Below, one piece after another: positions 1 through 7,326 of a stretch of 32,000 bases of DNA. How positions within the stretch are numbered: the stretch's first letter is position 1; each line of letters opens with the position of its first letter. The notes below the pieces were generated by a model. The model was given only the letters and a program-made list of their open reading frames with translations, was not told the origin of the DNA and searched no databases. This DNA is from Acaryochloris marina MBIC11017 (GTDB lineage: Bacteria; Cyanobacteriota; Cyanobacteriia; Thermosynechococcales; Thermosynechococcaceae): contig NC_009925.1 in assembly GCF_000018105.1 (NCBI RefSeq), positions 2,280,001-2,312,000 on the forward strand, written 5' to 3'. Both the position numbers and the translations under genes were made by a program.

Positions 1-300
1 AGCTAGATCCAGTTGATAGACCAGTGCCAATTAGACCGCTTTGATAGCATTAACTCTGGATAATAGTAGTTTTTTTCCTTTTACTGGCGTATTTTGTACT
101 GTGGAAACTTTGTTCAGTTTAGAAGTACTTGAGTTTACTACCCTTATTTTTCCATGTTAACTGGGTAAAGATACGTAGCTATGATATAAGTCCGACAACC
201 TTACCTGAAGTTATATAAGCAATACTTATACTTCCCTGTTATCTGGGATTAATCTTGTCGAAACTGGGTACTCTAAGGTTAACGTTTTTGACTTTTCGTT

Positions 301-546
301 ATGCCTAAGAAGAAAGGCACCCCTGGTGGTAATCCCAATCCAGTCCAGACACCACAATTCATAGCCAAGCAATTTAAAGCTGATGACGTGCCTGAAGGTG
401 TCAAACTTCAAAAAGGCTTGACGGCAGTTAGACTACCTGAAGACATAGCTGATCTAGTTAATGGTTTGGGTAAAGAGAAACCAGCTTGGCTACGTCGAGT
501 GATTACCACAGCAGTGAAGCAAGAGTTGATGGGAGGTGAGGAATAA
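301..546 (+). CDS. hypothetical small protein (81 aa), possibly ribbon-helix-helix DNA-binding
   Basis: ATG-initiated ORF in AT-rich DNA. It has a basic Gly/Pro-rich N-terminus (PKKKGTPGGNPNP) followed by LTAVRLPEDIADLV...WLRRVITTAVKQEL, a strand-helix-helix pattern reminiscent of CopG/Arc-type proteins. The family is not recognised with certainty. It lies inside the presumed integrated element that ends at 701. Confidence 0.4.
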   Translation: MPKKKGTPGGNPNPVQTPQFIAKQFKADDVPEGVKLQKGLTAVRLPEDIADLVNGLGKEKPAWLRRVITTAVKQELMGGEE

Positions 547-654
547 GAACGAATTTACGTTGTTTCAGATGCCATTGGCCGGATAGATTGGCCGGAAGCA
601 TTTGGAAGAAGCCTTGTAAGTCTTGCTAGACAAAGATTTTGTAGATCATGTGAC

Positions 655-701
655 CCACTTTGGGGTAGTGGGGGTCGTGGGTTCAAATCCCGCCGCTCCG
701 A
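655..701 (+). pseudogene. truncated tRNA-Pro(GGG): 3' portion only (anticodon arm to discriminator)
   Basis: Anticodon stem CCACT (655-659) pairs with AGTGG (667-671). The 7-nt loop is TTGGGGT, giving anticodon GGG with G37. The variable loop is GGGTC. The T arm is GTGGG/TTCAAAT/CCCGC (677-693). The 3' acceptor strand is CGCTCCG (694-700) and the discriminator is A701. The C1-G72 pair with A73 is typical of bacterial tRNA-Pro. The expected 5' acceptor strand CGGAGCG and a D arm are absent from 628-654 and from all of 1-654. Confidence 0.75.
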
Positions 702-710
702 TTAACTTAG

Positions 711-741
711 AACCTCCTCTAGTAGGAGGTTTAATTATTTT
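711..741 (+). terminator. rho-independent terminator downstream of the tRNA-Pro fragment
   Basis: A perfect 8-bp stem, AACCTCCT (711-718) with AGGAGGTT (724-731), encloses the 5-nt loop CTAGT. It is followed by the T-rich tail TAATTATTTT. Confidence 0.7.
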
Positions 742-897
742 AAACGGCCTTAATTAACACCTTTTCAACAAGAAAGAAATGCATCATTCTCAGATGGAAA
801 AGTTAAAGGGTCAACCTACTATTCTGGTTATAAGATCAGGGGCTAACCCTCTATTGGCAATCATTAATTCTGACTGGAAATAGAGGGTCAAGATCGG

Positions 898-2187
898 TTA
901 GATCTCTGTGCCATCAGGAATGATGGCATTCTTCAAAATGACAACAATCCCACTCCGAATATAGAAGCCTTCATCCTCATGATTCGCCTCCTCCACCTGG
1001 GCTTTATTGACGATTTTGACGTTCTTGCCAATTCGGGCATTTTTATCAACAATTGCTTTGCGTATAACAGTATTTTCTCCAATCCCTAAGGGCACTCTAC
1101 CTTGATCCAGATCAGCTTGCCGCTCAGACAGGGATTGATAATAATCAGACCCTAGCCACAACACATTGTCCAGGGTGCAATGATCGTCTACATAAGAGCG
1201 AACCCCTAGAACGGAATGGTGAATTTGGCTCTTTTTGACAATACAGCCTTCACCAACAATGGATTCCGTCACCCGGCAATCGAGGATTTTACTAGGGGGT
1301 AAATATCGGGCTCGAGTATAAATGGGAGCCTGCTCATCGTAAAAACTAAATTTGGGTTTTGGCTGTTGTGCTAACGCTAGATTGGCTTCATAGAACGCTT
1401 CAATCGTTCCAATATCTTCCCAATAATCATCAAACAGAAATGCCTGGATATTGTGATTCGCAGCAGCCGTGGGAATCACCTCTTTGCCAAAGTCAGTGTG
1501 CGCAATATTAGATTCCAGTAAGTCGATCAGAACCTCTTTTTTGAATACGTATATCCCCATAGAGGCAATATAAGGTTGCTCACGGGCCTGTTCTGCACTC
1601 AACCCGAGCAACGTGGTATCCACCTGCATTTGGGTTAATTCATCTCCCGAGGGTTTTTCACAAAAATCTCCCACACGCCCTGACTCATCCAGCTTCATCA
1701 AGCCAAAGGCAGAGGCCCGTCGCTCATCCATGGGAACCACAGAGATGGTGATATCAGCATTGGTATCACGATGTCGTTGGACAAATCGGCTGTAGTCCAT
1801 GCGATACAGATGGTCTCCAGAAAGGATGAGATATTCATCCACATCCCATTCCTTGAGCAACTGCAAATACTGGCGAACCGCATCGGCCGTTCCTTCAAAC
1901 CAACCTGAGTTGTCGGGAGTCTGCTGGGCAGCCAAGACCTCAACAAATCCTTCTGTAAAATTCGAGAAATTATAGCCCCGACTCAAATGTCGATTGAGAG
2001 ACGCTGAGTTGAATTGAGTCAGGACATAGATTTTATTGATGTCTGAGTTAATACAGTTACTCACAGGAATATCAATCAGACGATATTTTCCCGCCAAAGG
2101 AACCGCAGGTTTAGCCCTCAGTTTGGTCAACGGATAGAGTCGGGTGCCAGCACCACCGCCAAGAATAATGGATAGTACGCGTTTCAT
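898..2187 (-). CDS. glgC: glucose-1-phosphate adenylyltransferase (ADP-glucose pyrophosphorylase)
   Basis: 429-aa ORF. The N-terminus [41 protein letters not shown] is the canonical GlgC signature. The length and the C-terminal left-handed beta-helix region are typical of cyanobacterial GlgC. Confidence 0.97.
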   Translation of the reverse strand: MKRVLSIILGGGAGTRLYPLTKLRAKPAVPLAGKYRLIDIPVSNCINSDINKIYVLTQFNSASLNRHLSRGYNFSNFTEGFVEVLAAQQTPDNSGWFEGTADAVRQYLQLLKEWDVDEYLILSGDHLYRMDYSRFVQRHRDTNADITISVVPMDERRASAFGLMKLDESGRVGDFCEKPSGDELTQMQVDTTLLGLSAEQAREQPYIASMGIYVFKKEVLIDLLESNIAHTDFGKEVIPTAAANHNIQAFLFDDYWEDIGTIEAFYEANLALAQQPKPKFSFYDEQAPIYTRARYLPPSKILDCRVTESIVGEGCIVKKSQIHHSVLGVRSYVDDHCTLDNVLWLGSDYYQSLSERQADLDQGRVPLGIGENTVIRKAIVDKNARIGKNVKIVNKAQVEEANHEDEGFYIRSGIVVILKNAIIPDGTEI

Positions 2188-2265
2188 ATTTCCTAGCTAA
2201 ATATAATGTTTAATCACAAAGGCGTAATGAAAAGGCCCTGAATCGGGGACTCAGAGCCTGAAAGC

Positions 2266-3306
2266 TTAATGCAATTGCAAAGCTCGGTGTTTATCATCCA
2301 GTTTGTGGATGGTATCGACAAATCGAACCGTTTTAGATTGAGTGGAGATAATAAGAGATTCAGTTCTCACCCCTCCGGGGAAAAAGCGAGCCCCTTTCAT
2401 CAGGGTTCCGGGGGTTATCCCACAGGCGGCAAATAAGACCGTTTCACCACAGGCCAGCTCTTCAGCCTCATAGATGCGATCTGGATCGTCAATCCCCATC
2501 TCTTTTAAGCGAGCGAGGTTGCTCTCCTTGCTTTCACCAATCAATCCAGTCTGGACAATTTCTGGGTCATAGATCAGTTGACCTTGGAAATGTCCCCCCA
2601 AAGCCCGCATGGCAGCCGCAGAGATCACGCCTTCTGGAGCTGCACCAATGCCCATCAAGGCATGAATGTTTGTGCCCGAAAACGCACAGGATAAGGCCGC
2701 TGAGACATCTCCATCCTCAATCAAACGGACTCTGGCCCCTGCCTCTCGAATTTCCTTAATCAAACCGTCATGGCGTGCCCGTTTCATCACGACGACGACC
2801 AACTCAGAAATAGAGCGGTCTAAGCATTCAGCAATGATCTGCAGATTTTCCGTAGCGGATTTACGAATATCCACCTTGCCTTTGGCTGCAGGAGGGGCAG
2901 CCAGTTTCTTCATATAGAAGTCAGGAGCAGCAAATAGGCCGCCTTTTTCGGAGATAGCGAGAACGGCCATGGAACCATTCTGGCCATAGGCAACGAGATT
3001 GGTGCCTTCACACGGATCGACGGCAATATCGATCTCAATCAGCTCATCCAGGGTGCAGAATTCAGCAGCATTTTCTTGGGTGCAAATCCCGACTTGCTCA
3101 CCGATATAGAGCATCGGGGCATCATCCCGTTCTCCCTCACCAATCACAATCCGACCCCGCATGTGAATTTGATTCATGCGGTTCCGCATCGCGTCTACAG
3201 CCACGGCATCTGCGGTGTCTTTTTCCCCTTTACCCATCCATAGCGCAGATGCGATCGCAGCTTGCTCTACGACTTCAATAATTTCTAAACCAATCACATT
3301 GTCCAT
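2266..3306 (-). CDS. glpX: class II (GlpX-type) fructose-1,6-/sedoheptulose-1,7-bisphosphatase
   Basis: Matches the cyanobacterial dual-function FBP/SBPase: [66 protein letters not shown] place the start at the ATG at 3306 (MDNVIG), which has a GAGGGA Shine-Dalgarno sequence upstream. The tracked ORF start at 3381 adds 25 non-conserved residues. Confidence 0.95.
   Translation of the reverse strand: MDNVIGLEIIEVVEQAAIASALWMGKGEKDTADAVAVDAMRNRMNQIHMRGRIVIGEGERDDAPMLYIGEQVGICTQENAAEFCTLDELIEIDIAVDPCEGTNLVAYGQNGSMAVLAISEKGGLFAAPDFYMKKLAAPPAAKGKVDIRKSATENLQIIAECLDRSISELVVVVMKRARHDGLIKEIREAGARVRLIEDGDVSAALSCAFSGTNIHALMGIGAAPEGVISAAAMRALGGHFQGQLIYDPEIVQTGLIGESKESNLARLKEMGIDDPDRIYEAEELACGETVLFAACGITPGTLMKGARFFPGGVRTESLIISTQSKTVRFVDTIHKLDDKHRALQLH
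3251..3258. repeat. HIP1 octamer palindrome GCGATCGC (first of 14 copies)
   Basis: Exact GCGATCGC occurs at 3251, 7967, 12107, 14845, 16928, 17103, 17777, 21304, 24639, 26004, 26571, 28635, 28784 and 29917 (start coordinates). About 0.5 copies would be expected for a random octamer palindrome in 32 kb. Confidence 0.9.
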
Positions 3307-3393
3307 TTCGTTTCCCTCAAAGTTCGTTGTTAATGATTCGTGCGAGACAGTGTGAGTAAAACTCAAAGCTAGTTCTTCCAAATGAAACTGTCG

Positions 3394-3828
3394 TCATTTG
3401 GATTTCTTCTGATACAGGTGAATCGCAGGGCTTTGAAGCGAAATCACCTGGCAAGCGGCCATCGTTTCGGGCGTATCTTGTTCCCAATAAATCAGCAAAA
3501 ATTCAGCATGGGGTTTATATCGCCTATAACTGTCTAATACAGTGGGATAGGCTAATCCAGCATCTCGGATCTCCTCAAAGGTCATATAATCAGTGGGGAT
3601 TATTTCAGGATCCTCAGACTGCCACGGAGCAGCCACAACGGCACCTTTCTCTTTGGCTGCCAGATATCGGCGCAGGGCCATACGGCCTAGGGCTTTTGCA
3701 TTATCCTCCCAGCCCAAAAAGTCATACATTTTGAATAACACTCGCTCAGTATCCTCAGGGTTGAGGGTACTCAACACGGGTTTTATCTTTGGCTTTCTAG
3801 GGGAGTCTTGACCAAAACCTTTACCCAT
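3394..3828 (-). CDS. hypothetical protein (144 aa)
   Basis: ATG-initiated ORF with a GAGGGA Shine-Dalgarno-like sequence upstream. It is on the same strand as the FBP/SBPase gene and 87 nt upstream of it. No family recognised. Confidence 0.55.
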   Translation of the reverse strand: MGKGFGQDSPRKPKIKPVLSTLNPEDTERVLFKMYDFLGWEDNAKALGRMALRRYLAAKEKGAVVAAPWQSEDPEIIPTDYMTFEEIRDAGLAYPTVLDSYRRYKPHAEFLLIYWEQDTPETMAACQVISLQSPAIHLYQKKSK

Positions 3829-4222
3829 CTTTAATTCCCTCGCTGATCAAATGGGTATCTGTTTTTCTCGTGAGTTACGGTCTAACGCAGTCAATCAGGC
3901 ATCTTTCAGTGATGTATGACAAGATGCCACAAACACGGTTTAACAAACGTAGTACTGCTGATTGGCTAGACCGTGACCTTAATCGTGCAAACAAAGCGCC
4001 GTTCCGGGAGGCAACTCATTTGCTTTTTTATACTGGTGACTGAACCTTGCTGAATGAACGGCAGCTCAGGGTTGATGGTCTAAGTGATGTAAGTTCGGTA
4101 AAAAGTATGAGTTATCAAACTGAATCATCTAGTTTTGTATTTCTGTAAACTTGCTTAACAAATTGAAACTATTCTAGGTGAGTAATTTTACCTAGTCAAC
4201 CCTAATTGCAAACTTTCTATGT

Positions 4223-4264
4223 CTCGTCCCTCGCTTTCATTAACTCGTCCCTCGCTTGCATTAA
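4223..4264. repeat. tandem 21-bp direct repeat, 2 copies, 1 mismatch
   Basis: CTCGTCCCTCGCTTTCATTAA (4223-4243) is followed immediately by CTCGTCCCTCGCTTGCATTAA (4244-4264). Confidence 0.9.
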
Positions 4265-4346
4265 AGGGAGGAGACACCCGATGCACACCTTACAAAAGCA
4301 TGAAATCTATTCCTGGAAAGCATCTTAAGACTGGGATTTGGTAGTC

Positions 4347-4739
4347 CTAGTCCTGTAAGGATGCATTGTAGTGATGGACAAACATCCAGATTGCTCCAAT
4401 ATGATTCTCTAGCTTTTTCGAAAACGACAGTGTCTTTCGAACTAACCGAGACACTCGCTGGCGCATGGTGCAATTAAATCGTTCAATGTAGCAGGTTTGG
4501 CCTGTTTCCTTGCCCACAGCTTGATGTCGTTGTTTGGGGAAAACACAGCCGTAGGCATCCCAAAAATCCGTGTAGGCAACCGCACATTGACGATAGATTC
4601 CTGGCAAGGAATTCCATAGCTGACGAGCACCTTGCTTGGAGCGTGCCCCCACATAAACACCGACTATCTCACGCGTGATGACATCAAGAGCAAGCCATAT
4701 CCACTGTTTATTGCTCTTATCGTTCACAAATGACCACAT
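4347..4739 (-). CDS. IS1-family transposase catalytic (InsB-like, DDE) segment
   Basis: Contains DEMWSFV..K..KQWIWLALD, AYTDFWDAY, YIERFNCTMRQRVSRLVRKTLSFSKK, which parallel IS1 InsB (DEQWGYV...W..YAYD, TDGWPLY, IERHNLNLRQ..RL.RKSLSFSK). The reading frame is open upstream to 4784 and overlaps the end of insA. The stop codon lies inside the left inverted repeat. Confidence 0.85.
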   Translation of the reverse strand: MWSFVNDKSNKQWIWLALDVITREIVGVYVGARSKQGARQLWNSLPGIYRQCAVAYTDFWDAYGCVFPKQRHQAVGKETGQTCYIERFNCTMRQRVSRLVRKTLSFSKKLENHIGAIWMFVHHYNASLQD

Positions 4740-4743
4740 TTCA

Positions 4744-5061
4744 TCACATTGAAGAGTTAATCGGCCTTTTTTTTGATGATATGTTCACAGTACGAGGCAC
4801 TGCTTCATACTTACAGTTCACGTACTCTTGTAACCAGCTTTCAGAAACATCACAGACCCTGGCAATACCTGCCAGAGGTATCTTTTCAAGCAATAGCTTA
4901 TCGATCAGGCCTTTAGTGGATGAATCAATTCGCTTTTGCTGAGGAGCTTCCACAAACTGACGACCACAGGTTTTACATTTGTGGTTTTGCTTGCCATTAT
5001 GGATTCGACCGTTTTTGACAACGTTTTGAGAACGACAGTTAGGGCAGGTCAATGTCGACAT
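4744..5061 (-). CDS. IS1-family InsA-like protein (zinc finger plus HTH)
   Basis: 105-aa ORF with a CPNC...CKTC zinc-finger pair and a helix-turn-helix region (IPLAGIARVCDVSESWL). It ends just after the A8 tract, where the insB frame opens. Confidence 0.85.
   Translation of the reverse strand: MSTLTCPNCRSQNVVKNGRIHNGKQNHKCKTCGRQFVEAPQQKRIDSSTKGLIDKLLLEKIPLAGIARVCDVSESWLQEYVNCKYEAVPRTVNISSKKRPINSSM
4767..4774 (-). promoter_or_regulatory. A8 homopolymer: candidate recoding or slippage site in the insA/insB overlap
   Basis: T8 on the plus strand is A8 on the coding strand (TCA TCA AAA AAA AGG in the insA frame). It sits inside the short window where both frames are open. Confidence 0.6.
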
Positions 5062-5118
5062 TTGTGATGCTGGATTTTGGATGTTGGATATATCTATCCT
5101 TACATCTGGCGGACTACC

Positions 5119-5353
5119 TGGGATTTAATCCTCCTGGCATCGGCAGGGAAAAAACATCACTGCACAAAGATGAAAAAGAAAAGTCCACGAATTTCCCTCG
5201 ATAGCCAAGATCTATCAACATAACCTCATGTTTTTCTAGCAGAGATGAAGGTATGCCAAGTCTGTGAAGAAAGATGTCCGCCGACAATAGCGTTATCGGT
5301 TTGCCATCTGCAGCAAGCTTTTGGAGTAGCGCTGATTGGCAATTGACGGGCAT
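5119..5353 (-). pseudogene. 5' part of a small ORF interrupted by the IS1 insertion (3' part at 4261-4331)
   Basis: The 79-aa ORF runs into the IS end and stops inside the inverted repeat. Removing the IS and one copy of the duplication joins 5353-5119 to 4331-4261 in frame, giving a 101-aa ORF ending ...GGLNPSLKMLSRNRFHAFVRCASGVSSL*. No family recognised. Confidence 0.3.
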
Positions 5354-5591
5354 TTAAAGGGAAACTTTCTGGTCATATTCCAATCCATTACCTTGCCTAA
5401 TATTCTTGGGTTCTAGGCGATCCTGATTTTGAGATTAGGTCGATTGAAAGCGTAGCTTGTAAAGATGTTTATACTTTGTCCTCAGCCTTTATCCCTAGAG
5501 GTAGGATTTAAGTAGCATAAATCTAAAGAAAACCTTAAATAATCATCAAAACACCAAATTTATACGCAATTAGCGTTTATGGTACTGTTCC

Positions 5592-5831
5592 GTGTTATCC
5601 CCTTCCCTGCTCCACGACCTATGGCAATTAATTGAAGAACTGCCCAGTCATCCGGTGATGCAATTGAATGATAGTCGCCTGATTTCTTGGCTGTTGGCCC
5701 GAGTAGAGCGTCGATTAATTCTTAAGGAAGAAGATATCAGCAACATTGAGAAATATCTCGGTTCCCATGTGCTGCTCATTCGAGAAATGACTGAATCTAG
5801 ACGATATCACTGCTGTCCTCTGGCGATGTGA
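5592..5831 (+). CDS. hypothetical protein (79 aa, GTG start)
   Basis: Isolated ORF in an otherwise non-coding AT-rich stretch. It looks helical, has no recognisable family and no clear ribosome-binding site. Confidence 0.25.
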   Translation: MLSPSLLHDLWQLIEELPSHPVMQLNDSRLISWLLARVERRLILKEEDISNIEKYLGSHVLLIREMTESRRYHCCPLAM

Positions 5832-6317
5832 CAAGTAAGGCTCTCTTAAACACCTTGGTCCTGAACTATCAGAGTCTTCCATCCATACAGCCCCCTTGTA
5901 AGAGAATAGTATTGTCGGTCCATATTCATTAACTTCAAATATAGGGTTCTAGACTATTGACCACAAAACTGCCTGAAGTGAGTTGAAAGCATTCACACCA
6001 GCAAACACTCGAGCTTTTTAAAGTCGTTCAGGCTCTGTTCACAACCCTACGGCATAGCAGGGAATCATTTTAGGCAAACGTTACTAAACTGTCCGCACAC
6101 TCATAAAGCCGGGGACGATGACTGGGTAAGCCATCACCCCAACCACCTTTACCGATACCCACTGACCTATACGTCAAATCGATCGCTAATTCTGCATCAA
6201 ATCAGAGCGAGTTCCTAGCCCTAAGCGGATCTATCTCTCATCCAGGGTTAACCATCAACAGACCTTGAAACTCATTGGGAGGAATTCTTGTATTGATATA
6301 CAGAGAGGTATCCAAGC

Positions 6318-6860
6318 ATGAGAACGGTAGAAGTTGTCTCTCACAATCCTGCCTGGAAAATGATATTTCAGACTGAAGCCTCGCTAGTCAAGGAAGCCCT
6401 GGGTGAAACTGTGATGGCTGTTCACCATATCGGCAGCACAGCTATTCCTGACATCCATGCAAAACCCATTATCGATCTGTTGGTTAAAGTGCAGTGCATG
6501 ACCCAAGTTGATGCGCGCAGTTCATCCATGGAGCAGCTGGGCTACGAAGTCATGGGGGAATTTGGCATCTCAGGTCGTCGGTTTTTTTTCAAAAATAACC
6601 GAAACGATGTTCGAACCCACCATATCCATATCTTTAACCACAGCTCAGCCCAGGTGAAGCGCCATCTGGCATTTCGAGATTATATGATTGCCCACCCGAC
6701 AGATGCGAAGCAATACAGCGACTTAAAACATCAGTTAGCTCACCAATATCCCACGAATATCGATGGCTATATGGACGGCAAAGATAGCTTTATTAAAGCC
6801 ATAGACGTAAAGGCAGTTCAGTGGAACGCTTTACAAACCGTGCCGCAGTCAGAACCCTAA
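6318..6860 (+). CDS. GrpB-family (UPF0157) nucleotidyltransferase-fold protein
   Basis: 180 aa. Contains HHIGSTAIPDIHAKPIIDLLV (the G-S...D pattern of the minimal nucleotidyltransferase fold), HIHIF, and HLAFRDYMIAHP..AKQYSDLK, all typical of GrpB proteins. Confidence 0.88.
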   Translation: MRTVEVVSHNPAWKMIFQTEASLVKEALGETVMAVHHIGSTAIPDIHAKPIIDLLVKVQCMTQVDARSSSMEQLGYEVMGEFGISGRRFFFKNNRNDVRTHHIHIFNHSSAQVKRHLAFRDYMIAHPTDAKQYSDLKHQLAHQYPTNIDGYMDGKDSFIKAIDVKAVQWNALQTVPQSEP

Positions 6861-7101
6861 TGCTTCCACACTTACGTGGATAAATGATGCAGGGCTGGTG
6901 GCTGGGAAAACAATTAGCAACTGCTTGAGATCGACTCAGAGCTTACTTGAAGGTAGCATCATGTTCAAGATCTATTATTCAGAAACGTTTTTCTTCACTG
7001 CTTCTTCTCAGAAGATCGATAGCTTAAGAAGCGTGGTTTCATCCCACTCCATAAAGATAACTGTTTACCCCAATGTCCCCAACCATTGGGGTTTTCTCCA
7101 T

Positions 7102-7326
7102 TTAAGAACGAACACCTCTAAAGTTTTTATAGACGGTCAATAGCCAGTGATAGGCTTCTTCAAGTCCATCGGTAGTATCAACATCTATCCCTACTTTTTT
7201 CCACTCCTCTACTCGTTGAGGAGAAAGTAGATTTCTGAATTCATCCATTGATGGTATTTCAATAATTTTAGGAGCCTTCAGCCTATTCTTATTAGCATTT
7301 CCAGGCTCTTGACCTTTGCAATTCAT
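7102..7326 (-). CDS. hypothetical protein (74 aa)
   Basis: ATG-initiated ORF. It overlaps the convergent ORF 6898-7143 by 42 nt, and only one of the two is likely to be real. No family recognised. Confidence 0.25.
   Translation of the reverse strand: MNCKGQEPGNANKNRLKAPKIIEIPSMDEFRNLLSPQRVEEWKKVGIDVDTTDGLEEAYHWLLTVYKNFRGVRS

Larger units (their letters stand above)
4340..5118 (-). mobile_element. IS1-family insertion sequence (779 bp) with 8-bp target-site duplication
   Basis: Imperfect terminal inverted repeats: GGTAGTCC-N8-TAAGGAT at 4340-4362, and its reverse complement ending in GGACTACC at 5111-5118. The direct repeat TGGGATTT flanks both ends (4332-4339 and 5119-5126). The insA-like and insB-like ORFs fill the element. 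Its size is close to the 768 bp of IS1. Confidence 0.9.

Noticed and set aside
655-701. Possible 3' end of a tmRNA (ssrA) or of a complete class-II tRNA, because of the T arm plus terminator.
   Set aside because: The acceptor 3' strand is CGCTCCG with discriminator A. This lacks the G3-U70 alanine identity geometry (CAGCUCC-A-CCA) of tmRNA. No complementary 5' strand (CGGAGCG or GGGGC...) exists within 400 nt upstream. The upstream 5-bp stem with a 7-nt loop is a normal anticodon arm for tRNA-Pro(GGG), not a long variable arm.
1613-1946. Antisense or out-of-frame ORFs nested in confidently called genes. Examples: 1613-1795, 1698-1946, 2666-2917, 3593-3811, 8020-8214, 8950-9144, 9630-10183, 10602-11308, 11900-12169, 13616-14398, 16489-16707, 17209-18080, 18950-19165, 20617-21313, 21630-21821, 22380-22631, 22933-23118, 23751-23951, 24605-25088, 25976-26276, 26902-27120, 27326-28446, 28961-29804.
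   Set aside because: They overlap genes that have strong family signatures. Their low-complexity or Arg/Ser/Cys/Trp-rich composition is typical of shadow frames, and they have no ribosome-binding sites.
3307-3381. N-terminal extensions of tracked ORFs: glpX to 3381, acsF to 14338, ABC ATPase to 18544 (TTG), murJ-1 to 19334, SDR to 26237, ppa to 27005, coiled-coil to 30251.
   Set aside because: In each case an internal start aligns with the conserved family N-terminus and has a Shine-Dalgarno-like sequence. The extensions are non-conserved, and for murJ-1 the extension reads through the leader shared with murJ-2, where the same sequence carries a stop.
3912-4043. A 43-codon ORF ending ...APFREATHLLFYTGD* that resembles the LLxYTGxR box-I region of tyrosine recombinases. 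This would make it a possible decayed integrase.
   Set aside because: The resemblance rests on about 6 residues. The catalytic Arg position is a stop codon and no further integrase motifs (HxxR, Y) follow in any frame. That is too weak to call without a database search.
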